A DNA stretch of 64,000 bases from Vicinamibacterales bacterium (GTDB lineage Bacteria; Acidobacteriota; Vicinamibacteria; Vicinamibacterales; UBA8438), in NCBI GenBank assembly GCA_965205435.1, contig CBDBHJ010000006.1:217251-281250 (forward strand), read 5' to 3'. Below, one piece after another: positions 7,497 through 16,297 of the stretch (position 1 is its first letter; the number at the start of each line of letters is the position of its first letter). The notes below the pieces were generated by a model, which worked only from the letters and a program-made list of their open reading frames with translations, did not search any database and was not told the origin of the DNA. Made by a program: the position numbers and the translations under genes.

Positions 7497-9803
7497 ATGT
7501 GTGCACGTAGAGGACAAGTAAGGAACGTGGGGCGACATCTTCAGCGCGCATCGCTCACTCGCCTGGTCAGTCTTCTCGTGGCTGGGACGGTGATCTCGGG
7601 CTGCGCCTCCACCGGTGCCTTTCGGAACGGGAGGGACGCCGCGGCGCTCGGGAATTGGGACGCGGCCGTCGACTACTACCGGCAGGCCCTTCAGGACGAC
7701 CCCGGCGCTCCCGAGTACCGGATCGCGCTTGAACGGGCGATGCAGAGCGCGGCGGCGGTGCATGTCGCGCGGGCCCGTGAGTACGAATCCCAGGACGAGC
7801 TACCCGCTGCGTTAGCCGAGTATCGACGCGCTAGCGAGTTCGATCCGACGAACGGCCAACTCATCGCCATCGTGACGTCTCTCGAGCGACGGATTCGAAC
7901 CCTCGTCGAAGCGTCGCGACCGCCTTCGGCGATCGAGCAGTTACGCGCGCAGGCGCGTCTGGACTCCGAGCCCCCCTTGCTGGATCCTGCGTCCGGTGAT
8001 CCACTTGGGTTTCAGTTCAACAACGCAAGCCTTCGGGACATTTTGGATTTCATCGGCAACGCCACCGGCATCAACGTGACCTATGACCAGCAGTTTCAAG
8101 ACCGTGCCTACACGGTTCAGCTGGAGGGGCTCACGATCGAGGAGGCGTTGGACCAGATCCTCACCGCCAACCAGCACTTCTACAAGGTGCTGAACACGCG
8201 GAGCGTCATCATCGTGCCCGATACGCCGCAGAAGCGGGCGCAATACGAGGAACAGGTGATCCGCACGTTCTATGTCTCACACGCAGATGTTGCCGAGCTG
8301 GCGACCCTCCTGACCCAGGTCGTTCGGGCTCCGACCCTCGCGGTGCAACCCCAGATCGTGCCGAACACCACCTCCAACACCATCACCGTTCGAGCCACCA
8401 CGGCTGTCGCGGCGGTGATCGAGCAGGTGATTGAGGCCAACGACAAGCCCAGGGCGGAGGTCGTGGTCGATGTTGAGATTCTTGAGGTGAACCGTGAGCG
8501 GGCTCGTCAGTATGGGCTCGACCTGACGCAATACTCGATTGGTGCGTTGTTTTCGCCGCGGTCCGAGCCGGCGGTCGGAACCGGCCCGGACACCGTGGCG
8601 TCATCGGCGTTCAACGCGAACCTCCTCTCGAAGGGTGTCAGCTTGGCGGATTTCTACCTTGGCGTGCCGGCCGCCATCGTCGATTTCCTGGAATCGGACT
8701 CCGAAACCCGTCTGGTCGCAAAGCCGCAGCTCCGGGGGCAGGAAGGGGTTCAGCTCACCCTGAACCTCGGTGACGACATCCCGGTGCCATCGACATCGTT
8801 TACCGCCATCGCGACCGGCGGTGTAGCGGTGAACCCGTTGACGTCGTTCGAATATCGAGCGGTTGGTGTGAATCTCCTCATGACTCCGCGGGTGACGTAC
8901 GACAACGAGATCGTTCTGGACCTGGAAGTCGAAAACAGCACGCTGGGTCCGAACATCGAGGTGGCGGGTCAGCCGTTGCCGACGTTTGGCACCCGGCGCG
9001 TGATCACCCGGCTGCGTCTCCGCGACGGTGAGTCGAATCTCCTGGCCGGATTGCTGCGGGAAGAGGATCGCCGCTCGTTGCGCGGCCTCCCGGGCATTCT
9101 GCGTCTGCCGATCATTCGTCAGCTCTTCTCGTCGAACGACGAGGCGATCAGCTCGACCGACATCATCATGTTGCTGACGCCAAGAATCGTGCGCACCCAT
9201 GAGCTCACACAGCGGGATGTCAGCCCGATCTTCATCGGCACCCAGCAGAACATGGGCGTCACCGGTCCGCCGCCGCTGATCGCGCCGGCGGATCGCCCTC
9301 CTCCCGACCCTGAGGATCCTGCGGACGATGGCGGGACTCCGGCGCCCCCGCCAGGATTCGTCTCCGGTGAAGCCCCGACGATTTTTGGCGCACAGATCGA
9401 GGTCGTGCCGGCGGGCGGGACCGCGGTGACGCTCGGGAGCGAGGGCTACACGGTCCCGATATCAATCACCGGGGCGTCCCAGCTCTCCACACTGAGTCTC
9501 AGCCTGACGTTCGATCCTGAGGTGCTTCGCGTCAGCACGATCCAGGAAGGCAGCTTCATGCAGCAGGGGAGTGCGAGCGTCACGTTCGCCCAGGATGTCG
9601 ACCCGGAGACGGGACGGATCGATCTGGCGCTGACGCGAACCGGCGATCAGACGGGAGCGGCGGGGTCGGGCCTTGTGGTGTCCGTGGTGTTTGAGCCGGT
9701 GACCCAGGGCGCATCCATACTGTCGCCGAGTGGGCTTGGCTTGACACCGACCGGGGCTCCACTGGCGCTGAGCTTCGAACCGACGACCGTGAGCGTTCGC
9801 TGA
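7497..9803 (+). CDS. secretin (PilQ/GspD family) with N-terminal lipobox+TPR module and C-terminal cohesin-like module
   Basis: Lipobox VISGC (Cys36). TPR-like repeats at about aa 40-125. N0/N1-type domains. Secretin core ending ...GLPGILRLPIIRQLF...IIMLLTPRIV. Pro-rich linker, then a roughly 140-aa all-beta domain. Confidence 0.9.
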   Translation: MCARRGQVRNVGRHLQRASLTRLVSLLVAGTVISGCASTGAFRNGRDAAALGNWDAAVDYYRQALQDDPGAPEYRIALERAMQSAAAVHVARAREYESQDELPAALAEYRRASEFDPTNGQLIAIVTSLERRIRTLVEASRPPSAIEQLRAQARLDSEPPLLDPASGDPLGFQFNNASLRDILDFIGNATGINVTYDQQFQDRAYTVQLEGLTIEEALDQILTANQHFYKVLNTRSVIIVPDTPQKRAQYEEQVIRTFYVSHADVAELATLLTQVVRAPTLAVQPQIVPNTTSNTITVRATTAVAAVIEQVIEANDKPRAEVVVDVEILEVNRERARQYGLDLTQYSIGALFSPRSEPAVGTGPDTVASSAFNANLLSKGVSLADFYLGVPAAIVDFLESDSETRLVAKPQLRGQEGVQLTLNLGDDIPVPSTSFTAIATGGVAVNPLTSFEYRAVGVNLLMTPRVTYDNEIVLDLEVENSTLGPNIEVAGQPLPTFGTRRVITRLRLRDGESNLLAGLLREEDRRSLRGLPGILRLPIIRQLFSSNDEAISSTDIIMLLTPRIVRTHELTQRDVSPIFIGTQQNMGVTGPPPLIAPADRPPPDPEDPADDGGTPAPPPGFVSGEAPTIFGAQIEVVPAGGTAVTLGSEGYTVPISITGASQLSTLSLSLTFDPEVLRVSTIQEGSFMQQGSASVTFAQDVDPETGRIDLALTRTGDQTGAAGSGLVVSVVFEPVTQGASILSPSGLGLTPTGAPLALSFEPTTVSVR

Positions 9804-9823
9804 CCGGCCGGCCGTATGACAGG

Positions 9824-10324
9824 ATGACAGGCCACCCTCGAACTTGGTCGAAACACGCGACAAACGAGCGCGGGTACTCGTTCGTCGAGCTTCTCGTCGT
9901 CACCGTCATTCTCTTAGTACTCGCCTCGGCGATTATTCCACTGAGTCAGGTCACCGTGCAGCGGCAGCGGGAGGCCGAGCTCCGCCGGGTGCTGCGCGAG
10001 ATGCGAACAGCTATCGATGACTACAAGGACGCCGTCGACCTGGGGGTCATTGGTGGGACGAACGTCGAGTCCGGGAGCGAAGGGTATCCACCCGACCTGG
10101 ACACGCTCGTCGAGGGCGTCGAGGTTGTGAACGACGCGAGCGGGCGAAAGGTCCGATTCCTGCGGCGCGTGCCGATCGACCCCGTCACGAAGAGCGCCGA
10201 CTGGGGACTCAGGTCGTATCAAGACGCACCGACCGCGACCACGTGGGGCGGGGGCAATGTGTACGACGTCTATTCACAGGCACGCGGGACGGCGCTCGAT
10301 GGGACGAGGTACCGGGAGTGGTAA
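9824..10324 (+). CDS. gspG: GspG-like major pseudopilin
   Basis: Prepilin-type N-terminus G|YSFVELLVV with Glu at +5, a hydrophobic helix, and a GspG-like C-terminus (...DPVT...DVYS...GTALDGTRYREW). Confidence 0.85.
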   Translation: MTGHPRTWSKHATNERGYSFVELLVVTVILLVLASAIIPLSQVTVQRQREAELRRVLREMRTAIDDYKDAVDLGVIGGTNVESGSEGYPPDLDTLVEGVEVVNDASGRKVRFLRRVPIDPVTKSADWGLRSYQDAPTATTWGGGNVYDVYSQARGTALDGTRYREW

Positions 10325-10725
10325 CGAGGCATCGCTGGAGACGCGGTTCCAGTGGATTCACACTCGTCGAGCTGACGATCGTCATTTCGCTGATCGTCGT
10401 CCTCTCCACTATCGCCCTGGTCGGCTATCGCAACGCGATCAGCCGTTCGCGCGAGGCGGTGCTCAAAGAAGACCTGTTCCGCATGCGTGATGCGATCGAT
10501 CAGTACTACGCCGACAAGCAGCAATACCCCAGCGCACTGGAGACGCTCGTGACCGACGGGTATCTGCGGGCGGTGCCACTCGATCCGTTTACAAACTCCG
10601 CGGAGACGTGGCAACCGATTCTGGCCGAACTGGATCCGGACGATCCGATGGCGCAGGGCGTCTTCGATGTGAAGACAACCTATGAGGGCACGGCACTCGA
10701 CGGGACGGCGTACGTAGACTGGTAA
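10318..10725 (+). CDS. gspG: GspG-like pseudopilin (second copy)
   Basis: G|FTLVELTIV prepilin motif and a C-terminus ...LDPFT...DVKT..GTALDGTAYVDW. The GTG start at 10318 overlaps the previous stop. The 10243 start in the ORF track looks over-extended. Confidence 0.85.
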   Translation: MVTRHRWRRGSSGFTLVELTIVISLIVVLSTIALVGYRNAISRSREAVLKEDLFRMRDAIDQYYADKQQYPSALETLVTDGYLRAVPLDPFTNSAETWQPILAELDPDDPMAQGVFDVKTTYEGTALDGTAYVDW

Positions 10726-10744
10726 CGGCGTCTGCTCGCTCGGA

Positions 10745-11146
10745 TCATGGACCTGGTGCGGGCGGCGACCCGATTTGGACCGACAGCGTGTTTGACGTCG
10801 ACGCACCGGAAAACGCACTGACCATGGCGGTGCCGGCCGTCTTTCCACCCAACAATCTGGTCGTGGCCCGGCCGTCCTGGGTTCGACTTGCTTGCGGGTC
10901 GACGGTTCCGAGCGTGGTCGAGAAGCTCACCAAAGTGCCGTTCTGAACCGGAGTGCCTGCCGATTCCGTCACGATGGCCGTGATGACCGACGCGCCATCG
11001 AGTGCGATGGCCGGATCGCTGGCCACGACGACGATCGTTGATGCGGTCGGGGCCAGCAGCGGGAGGCTCTCACAGCCCTGTATCAAGCACAGGGAGAGCA
11101 GAACGAACCCGACGGCCGACCGTGAACATGAAGAAGAGTGTGTCAT
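10745..11146 (-). CDS. small lipoprotein with bacterial Ig-like (Big_1-type) domain
   Basis: Lipobox LIQGC. The remainder resembles an invasin/intimin-type Ig repeat (ASVITAIVTESAGTPVQNGTLVSFSTTLGTV...ATTRL). It lies on the opposite strand to the surrounding secretion genes. Confidence 0.55.
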   Translation of the reverse strand: MTHSSSCSRSAVGFVLLSLCLIQGCESLPLLAPTASTIVVVASDPAIALDGASVITAIVTESAGTPVQNGTLVSFSTTLGTVDPQASRTQDGRATTRLLGGKTAGTAMVSAFSGASTSNTLSVQIGSPPAPGP

Positions 11147-11200
11147 ACGCGGTGATGACAGCGAGTGCTTGGGATTCGTGAGCTAGTGCATTCTATCGGC

Positions 11201-11932
11201 ATGCGGCGGCTTTCGCCACACACGCGACTTCGTGATGCGCGCGGGTACGCAATGGCGGCCCTCCTTGTGATGCTCGGGGTCATGGGTATCCTGTCAACGA
11301 TGCTCCTCCCGGTGTGGGACCAGGCCGCGAAGCGCGAGCGTGAAGCGGAGTTGATCTTTCGAGGCGAACAGTACGCGCGCGCGGTGGAGCTCTACCAGCG
11401 ACGCTACGTCGGCGCGAATCCCCCGGATTTCGACACCCTCGTCGAGCAACGGTTTCTCCGGAAGATGTACGCAGATCCGATGAGCGAGGACGGTGAGTTT
11501 CAGGTCATCCACTTCTCTCAGATGGCAGAGGTGCAGGGCGAACCATCCACCGCCGACCGACCGGGCGAGTCAACGAGCGACGCGACTGGCGGAGCTCGCG
11601 CAGCAGCGCCGATCCGATTCGGAGATAACCAAGAGGGTGGGGTGGTTGGGGTCGTCAGCCGGAGCGACGAGGAGTCTTTGCGGGTCTATCACGATCGAGA
11701 GAAGTACAACGAGTGGGCCTTCGTCTATGCAACCAGCGCGACCGAAGCGGGTGCGGTGGTGGGCGCCGGCGGAGTCCAGCCCACTCGGCGCGCACCGGGT
11801 GGGGCCGCGCCAGGTGGAGATGTCGAGCCATTCAGTCTTGGTCGACGCGGTGATGGCTCCCCGAGAGGCGCCGGGAATCGTGGCTCGGTTGATGGCCAGC
11901 CGCGGCAGCCCCGAGGACGACAACCGCAGTAG
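11201..11932 (+). CDS. atypical pseudopilin-like protein
   Basis: N-terminus RG|YAMAALLVMLGVMGIL is prepilin-like but lacks Glu+5. A GspG-like core follows (FRGEQYARAVELY...FLRKMYADPM), then a Gly/Arg/Pro-rich low-complexity tail. Confidence 0.5.
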   Translation: MRRLSPHTRLRDARGYAMAALLVMLGVMGILSTMLLPVWDQAAKREREAELIFRGEQYARAVELYQRRYVGANPPDFDTLVEQRFLRKMYADPMSEDGEFQVIHFSQMAEVQGEPSTADRPGESTSDATGGARAAAPIRFGDNQEGGVVGVVSRSDEESLRVYHDREKYNEWAFVYATSATEAGAVVGAGGVQPTRRAPGGAAPGGDVEPFSLGRRGDGSPRGAGNRGSVDGQPRQPRGRQPQ

Positions 11933-11968
11933 TTGCGGAAGCCGGTTGCCAGTCTTGGTGCGGAAGGT

Positions 11969-13714
11969 CTACCGACCGGCAACCCCCCATCGGCGAGTCG
12001 TCAGGTCCCGATAGAGCCACGCGCCGGCGAGCAGTGCTCCAAGTAGCGTCGCGCCTGCGCGCGCTGGTGACCCGAACAAGAACGCCCCAACACCGAACAG
12101 AATACCGTACACGAGGACACATCCGGCCGCCCAGTCCAGCCACAGGCGAGGGAGTGACTCGCGACTGGTCGTCTCCGCACCCGCTGCCGCGGCGACCGGT
12201 GACCATCCAGGGCCACCCGGATTGACCCTCCGGTAGAAGGCGATGAGATGAGGCATCGGTTCGGGGGGCGTCAACCAGGTCACGGTCAGCCAGCAGGCCG
12301 TGGTCCATGGCACGAGATAGAGCAGTGAATCGGGAAACGGGACATCCGTGAATGCGCGGAGCGCGACAAACCCCGCGCCGGCGGCAACGAGCGCCGAGAT
12401 TTCTGACGCGGCATTGACGCGCCACCAGTACCAGCGAACGATCAGAACAAGCCCGACCCCCGCCCCGGATTCGAGGGCGAACTCCCAGGCCTGGCGGACA
12501 CTCTCCAAGTAGAACGTCACAACGGCGCTGAGGGCCATCACCGCGAGTGTCGTGATCCGAGAGATCCGTACCAGTTCCAGGTTCGACGCCGTTCGACGGA
12601 CAAATCGCGCGTAGAGGTCGTTCACGAGATACGACGAGCCCCAGTTTAACTGTGTGGAGACCGTCGACATGTACGCGGCGAAGAACGCGCCAATCAAGAG
12701 TCCTCGCCACCCGGCCGGGAGGTGGTCACGCATGACCAGCGCGTATCCCGACTCTGCGTCTACCAGGCCAGGGTAGAGCACGAGCGACGCAAGCGCCACG
12801 AGCACCCACGGCCACGGTCGGATGCAGTAATGCGCCACGCTGAACCACAGCATGGCGAGCAAGGAATGCCGCTCGTCACGCGTCGACAACATCCGTTGGG
12901 CGACGTAGCCGCCGCCGCCGGGCTCCTGTCCCGGATACCAACTCGCCCACCATTGCACCCCCAGGTAGGCGACGAACGCGGCGACTGGCAACGCGAGTGT
13001 GTCGCTCGCCGAGGCGTCTGCTCCGATTCGAGGCAAGAGCTCGAACGTTGGCGGAGGCAGCCGCGTCAGCAGCCCGTCGAGACCCCCGACGTCGGGATGG
13101 GCGAGGGCGAACCAGGCGAGGGCGACGGAGCCGGTCATCGCCAGACCGAATTGAATGAAATCTGTCACCACGACTCCTCGCAGGCCGGCGAGAGAAGAGT
13201 AGAGGCCGGTGGCCGCCAGACCGATGAAGACCGCGGTCAGCCGGTCCCACCCGAGCGTGACCGACAGAATCTTGGACATCGCCAGGTTGACCCACCCGAT
13301 GATCAGGCAGTTGATCGGGAGACCCAGGTACAGCGCGCGAAAACCCCGGAGGACCGCGGCCGTGCGGCCGCCGTATCTGAGCTCGGCGAACTCGACATCC
13401 GTCACGATACCGGCGCGGCGCCAGAGCCTGGCGAAGAAGAAGACGGTCAGCATGCTGCCCAGGCCCGCGTTCCACCAGAGCCAGTTCCCGGCAACGCCGT
13501 TGACCGCGACGAGACCCGTCACGGCGAGCGGGGTGTCCGCCGCGAACGTGGTCGCCACCATCGACGTTCCTGCCAGCCACCATGGGAGATCCCGTCCGGA
13601 GAGAAAGAACTGCCCGACATCCGAACCGGCACGCCGGTAGTACCGGAGTGAGATAAAGACCGGGATCGAGAGAATCACGATCAGCACGAACCAGTCGAGG
13701 GGGGTGAGCAACAT
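11969..13714 (-). CDS. sodium:solute symporter (SSS) family transporter
   Basis: 581 aa and polytopic. SSS-type N-terminus (...QFFLSGRDLPWWLAGTSMVATTFAADTP). The start overlaps the upstream stop (TAATG). Confidence 0.85.
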   Translation of the reverse strand: MLLTPLDWFVLIVILSIPVFISLRYYRRAGSDVGQFFLSGRDLPWWLAGTSMVATTFAADTPLAVTGLVAVNGVAGNWLWWNAGLGSMLTVFFFARLWRRAGIVTDVEFAELRYGGRTAAVLRGFRALYLGLPINCLIIGWVNLAMSKILSVTLGWDRLTAVFIGLAATGLYSSLAGLRGVVVTDFIQFGLAMTGSVALAWFALAHPDVGGLDGLLTRLPPPTFELLPRIGADASASDTLALPVAAFVAYLGVQWWASWYPGQEPGGGGYVAQRMLSTRDERHSLLAMLWFSVAHYCIRPWPWVLVALASLVLYPGLVDAESGYALVMRDHLPAGWRGLLIGAFFAAYMSTVSTQLNWGSSYLVNDLYARFVRRTASNLELVRISRITTLAVMALSAVVTFYLESVRQAWEFALESGAGVGLVLIVRWYWWRVNAASEISALVAAGAGFVALRAFTDVPFPDSLLYLVPWTTACWLTVTWLTPPEPMPHLIAFYRRVNPGGPGWSPVAAAAGAETTSRESLPRLWLDWAAGCVLVYGILFGVGAFLFGSPARAGATLLGALLAGAWLYRDLTTRRWGVAGR

Positions 13715-14760
13715 TAGGCGACCGCGGCCATGACGGCGTCGTGGAACGCCGGCCGGACACCGAGAACCGTGTTGTTGGCTCGGGAAGGACAGACGCGGTT
13801 CGTGAGTAGCACCACATACAGGTCGGCCTCAATATCGATCCACAGCGACGTCCCTGTGAAGCCGGTGTGCCCGATCGCGGACGCTGACATCCGGGTGCCG
13901 CATGACGACGTCGGCAGCATCGTGTCCCAACCCAGCGCGCGGGAGCTCTCTGGAACGGTGGTGCGGGTGATGAAATGCCGGAACGTATCTGACCGCGCGA
14001 GCGGAGTGTCACCACGAGCCTGTCGCAGGATCGTCTGCGCAAAGCGTCCGACCGCTGACGCCGTTCCGAACAGCCCGGCATGACCGGCAACGCCACCTAA
14101 GGTCCACGTGTTCTCATCATCGACCTCTCCAACCAGCAGACGACCGCGCCACAGGTCGACCTCGGTCGGTGCGATGCGGTCCCGGGTTTTGAAGTCGGGC
14201 CGGAAGCCGAGCTCTCCCCAGTTGTGATCTGTCACCAGCCGGTCGAACTGCACATCGAGCGAGGTGCCACCGGCGTCCTCGAGGAGGAAGCCGAGCAGGA
14301 TGAAACCGAGGTCGCTATAGACGGACTGCGACCGCGCGGGATACTCGAGCGGCAACGTGCAGATGGCATGCTCGAACTCCGCCCGTCCGCGATGGTCCCT
14401 GAAGAAGGGAAGGTGCGCTGTCAGGCCGGAGGCATGTGCCAGGAGGTCGGCGACGGTGACGATCTGTCGGTCCTGTCCACGCCACTCTGGGAGCCAGCGA
14501 CTCACGAGATCATCGACCGAGAGACGCCGATCGTCGACCGCCGCCATCGCGACGGTCGTCGTGGCGAGCACTTTCGTCAATGAGGCGAGGTCGAAGATGG
14601 TATCGAGCCGTGTCGGCGGCGCCTCGGGGTCATGGCTCAAAACGCCGAATGGTTCCTGCCAGAGGACCCGATCGTGGTGTCCGATGTCGACCGCGGCGGC
14701 AGGAAACGCCGTGCGCGCGCCGTCCAGGATCACCTGCCGGGCCGTTCCAAAATCGGTCAT
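13714..14760 (-). CDS. beta-lactamase-fold serine hydrolase
   Basis: SxxK motif in [13 protein letters not shown]. Class C / DD-peptidase-like length. The start at 14760 forms an ATGA overlap with the upstream symporter. The 14865 start in the track is an extension. Confidence 0.8.
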   Translation of the reverse strand: MTDFGTARQVILDGARTAFPAAAVDIGHHDRVLWQEPFGVLSHDPEAPPTRLDTIFDLASLTKVLATTTVAMAAVDDRRLSVDDLVSRWLPEWRGQDRQIVTVADLLAHASGLTAHLPFFRDHRGRAEFEHAICTLPLEYPARSQSVYSDLGFILLGFLLEDAGGTSLDVQFDRLVTDHNWGELGFRPDFKTRDRIAPTEVDLWRGRLLVGEVDDENTWTLGGVAGHAGLFGTASAVGRFAQTILRQARGDTPLARSDTFRHFITRTTVPESSRALGWDTMLPTSSCGTRMSASAIGHTGFTGTSLWIDIEADLYVVLLTNRVCPSRANNTVLGVRPAFHDAVMAAVA

Positions 14761-16292
14761 GGGGTCACCGGATCTGTCTGGGACGGTCCGTTGGGGGAGA
14801 CGCGACCGAGTACCCACCCGACCCCGAACGTCGTGAGCGTCCCAACCAGCACGTACCACTGCCACGACACTGCGGTGAGGAGCCTGAGCGCCACCAACAG
14901 GGTAGCGCCGACCACGATGCCGGTAGCAGGCGCCGCCGACCGGCGAGTAGGAGTAAGGGCCAGCAGGAACACGCCCAGGAGGAGACCGCCGGTGAACGAT
15001 TGAATCCCCAGCACTTCGTCGACGACGCGGCTCGACAGCGACACGGCCACCACGGCGACCGCCATCTGAACGACAGCCCAGACGACGGTGGCCAAGCGGG
15101 AGGCCCTGAGATAGTGCCGATCGGACCGGGTCTCGCCGGTCAATGGCATATAGAAATCACCGACCGTCGAGGCCGCAGAAGAGTTGAGCGAGGACGACAG
15201 CGTCGACATCGCCGCCGCAACGATGGCGGCGACGACCAGCCCGCGAATGCCGGTCGGTAGGTGGGTCATCATGAACGCTGGAAAGATGCGGTCGGTTTGG
15301 ACGACACCACCCACCGTGATGGCCGCGAGTCCGTCCGGGGCGTAGGTCGTGTAGTACACCCAGAGCATGAGGCCGATCACCAGAAACAGGGTGAACTGGA
15401 AGAACACGACAACACCGCTCCAGATCAGTGCGCGGCCTGCTTCGCGCGGCGTTCGACTGCAGAGGTACCGCTGCACGAACATCTGATCGGCGCCGTGGGT
15501 CCCGGCAGTCAGAAACATCCCACCCACCAGTCCGGACCAGAACGTGTAGCTCTTGGTCAGGCCGGCAGTGAAGTCGAAGACGACGAGCTTTCCGGCGGGC
15601 TGCGTGCGGGTCATCACTTCGGCCCATCCGCCTGGAATCTCGGCGAGCAGAATGAGACCGGCGATTGCCGCGCCTGACATGTAGACGACGAGTTGAATGA
15701 CATCGGACCAGATTACCGCCGTCATGCCACCAAGCAGCGTGTAGGCGAGGGTCGTCACGCCGATCAGGCCAACCGACAACACCAGCAGGGCGTTTGATCC
15801 GTCGACTCCGGGCAGCAGGGCTTGGGAGATGGATCCGCTCCCCGGAAGAGTGGCCAGGACTGCGGCTAGCACCAGTCCGGTGGCAAACAGACGAAACCCG
15901 TCTGACAGCGAGCGTGTCAGCAGAAAGATCGACGCGCTGAGCCGTCCCACTCCGGCGCCGAACCGGGCCGCGAGTGGCTGGTAGGCGGTCATGAGATCGC
16001 CCCGAAACAGACGCGGCACGAGCACGCTGGCAACCGCGATCCGGCCGACCACATAGCCAAGTGCCAGCTGAAGAAACGTGAGGTCGCCCCCGAAGGCATA
16101 ACCCGGGATACTGATCAAGGTGGCCGTGCTGGTCTCGGTGGCCACGATCGACCCCAGGAGCGCCCACCACGGCACCTGTCGGCCCGACAGGAAGTAGTCT
16201 CGAACGTTTCGCTGCCGTCTGAAACACCGGGCTCCGACCGCGACCATCGCCGCCAGGTACCCGCAGAGCACGACGAGGTCGAGTGGCTGCAT
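14757..16292 (-). CDS. sodium:solute symporter (SSS) family transporter
   Basis: 511 aa and polytopic. N-terminus ...[33 protein letters not shown] is typical of the SSS family. Confidence 0.85.
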   Translation of the reverse strand: MQPLDLVVLCGYLAAMVAVGARCFRRQRNVRDYFLSGRQVPWWALLGSIVATETSTATLISIPGYAFGGDLTFLQLALGYVVGRIAVASVLVPRLFRGDLMTAYQPLAARFGAGVGRLSASIFLLTRSLSDGFRLFATGLVLAAVLATLPGSGSISQALLPGVDGSNALLVLSVGLIGVTTLAYTLLGGMTAVIWSDVIQLVVYMSGAAIAGLILLAEIPGGWAEVMTRTQPAGKLVVFDFTAGLTKSYTFWSGLVGGMFLTAGTHGADQMFVQRYLCSRTPREAGRALIWSGVVVFFQFTLFLVIGLMLWVYYTTYAPDGLAAITVGGVVQTDRIFPAFMMTHLPTGIRGLVVAAIVAAAMSTLSSSLNSSAASTVGDFYMPLTGETRSDRHYLRASRLATVVWAVVQMAVAVVAVSLSSRVVDEVLGIQSFTGGLLLGVFLLALTPTRRSAAPATGIVVGATLLVALRLLTAVSWQWYVLVGTLTTFGVGWVLGRVSPNGPSQTDPVTP

Positions 16293-16297
16293 CGCTG

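Noticed and set aside
9816-9831. Tandem 8-nt duplication ATGACAGG-ATGACAGG creating a 3-codon mini-ORF (MTG-stop) that overlaps the gspG start
   Set aside because: It is real in the sequence but too short to interpret. It is most simply a chance or slippage duplication at the ribosome-binding region. No structure or conservation can be assessed here.
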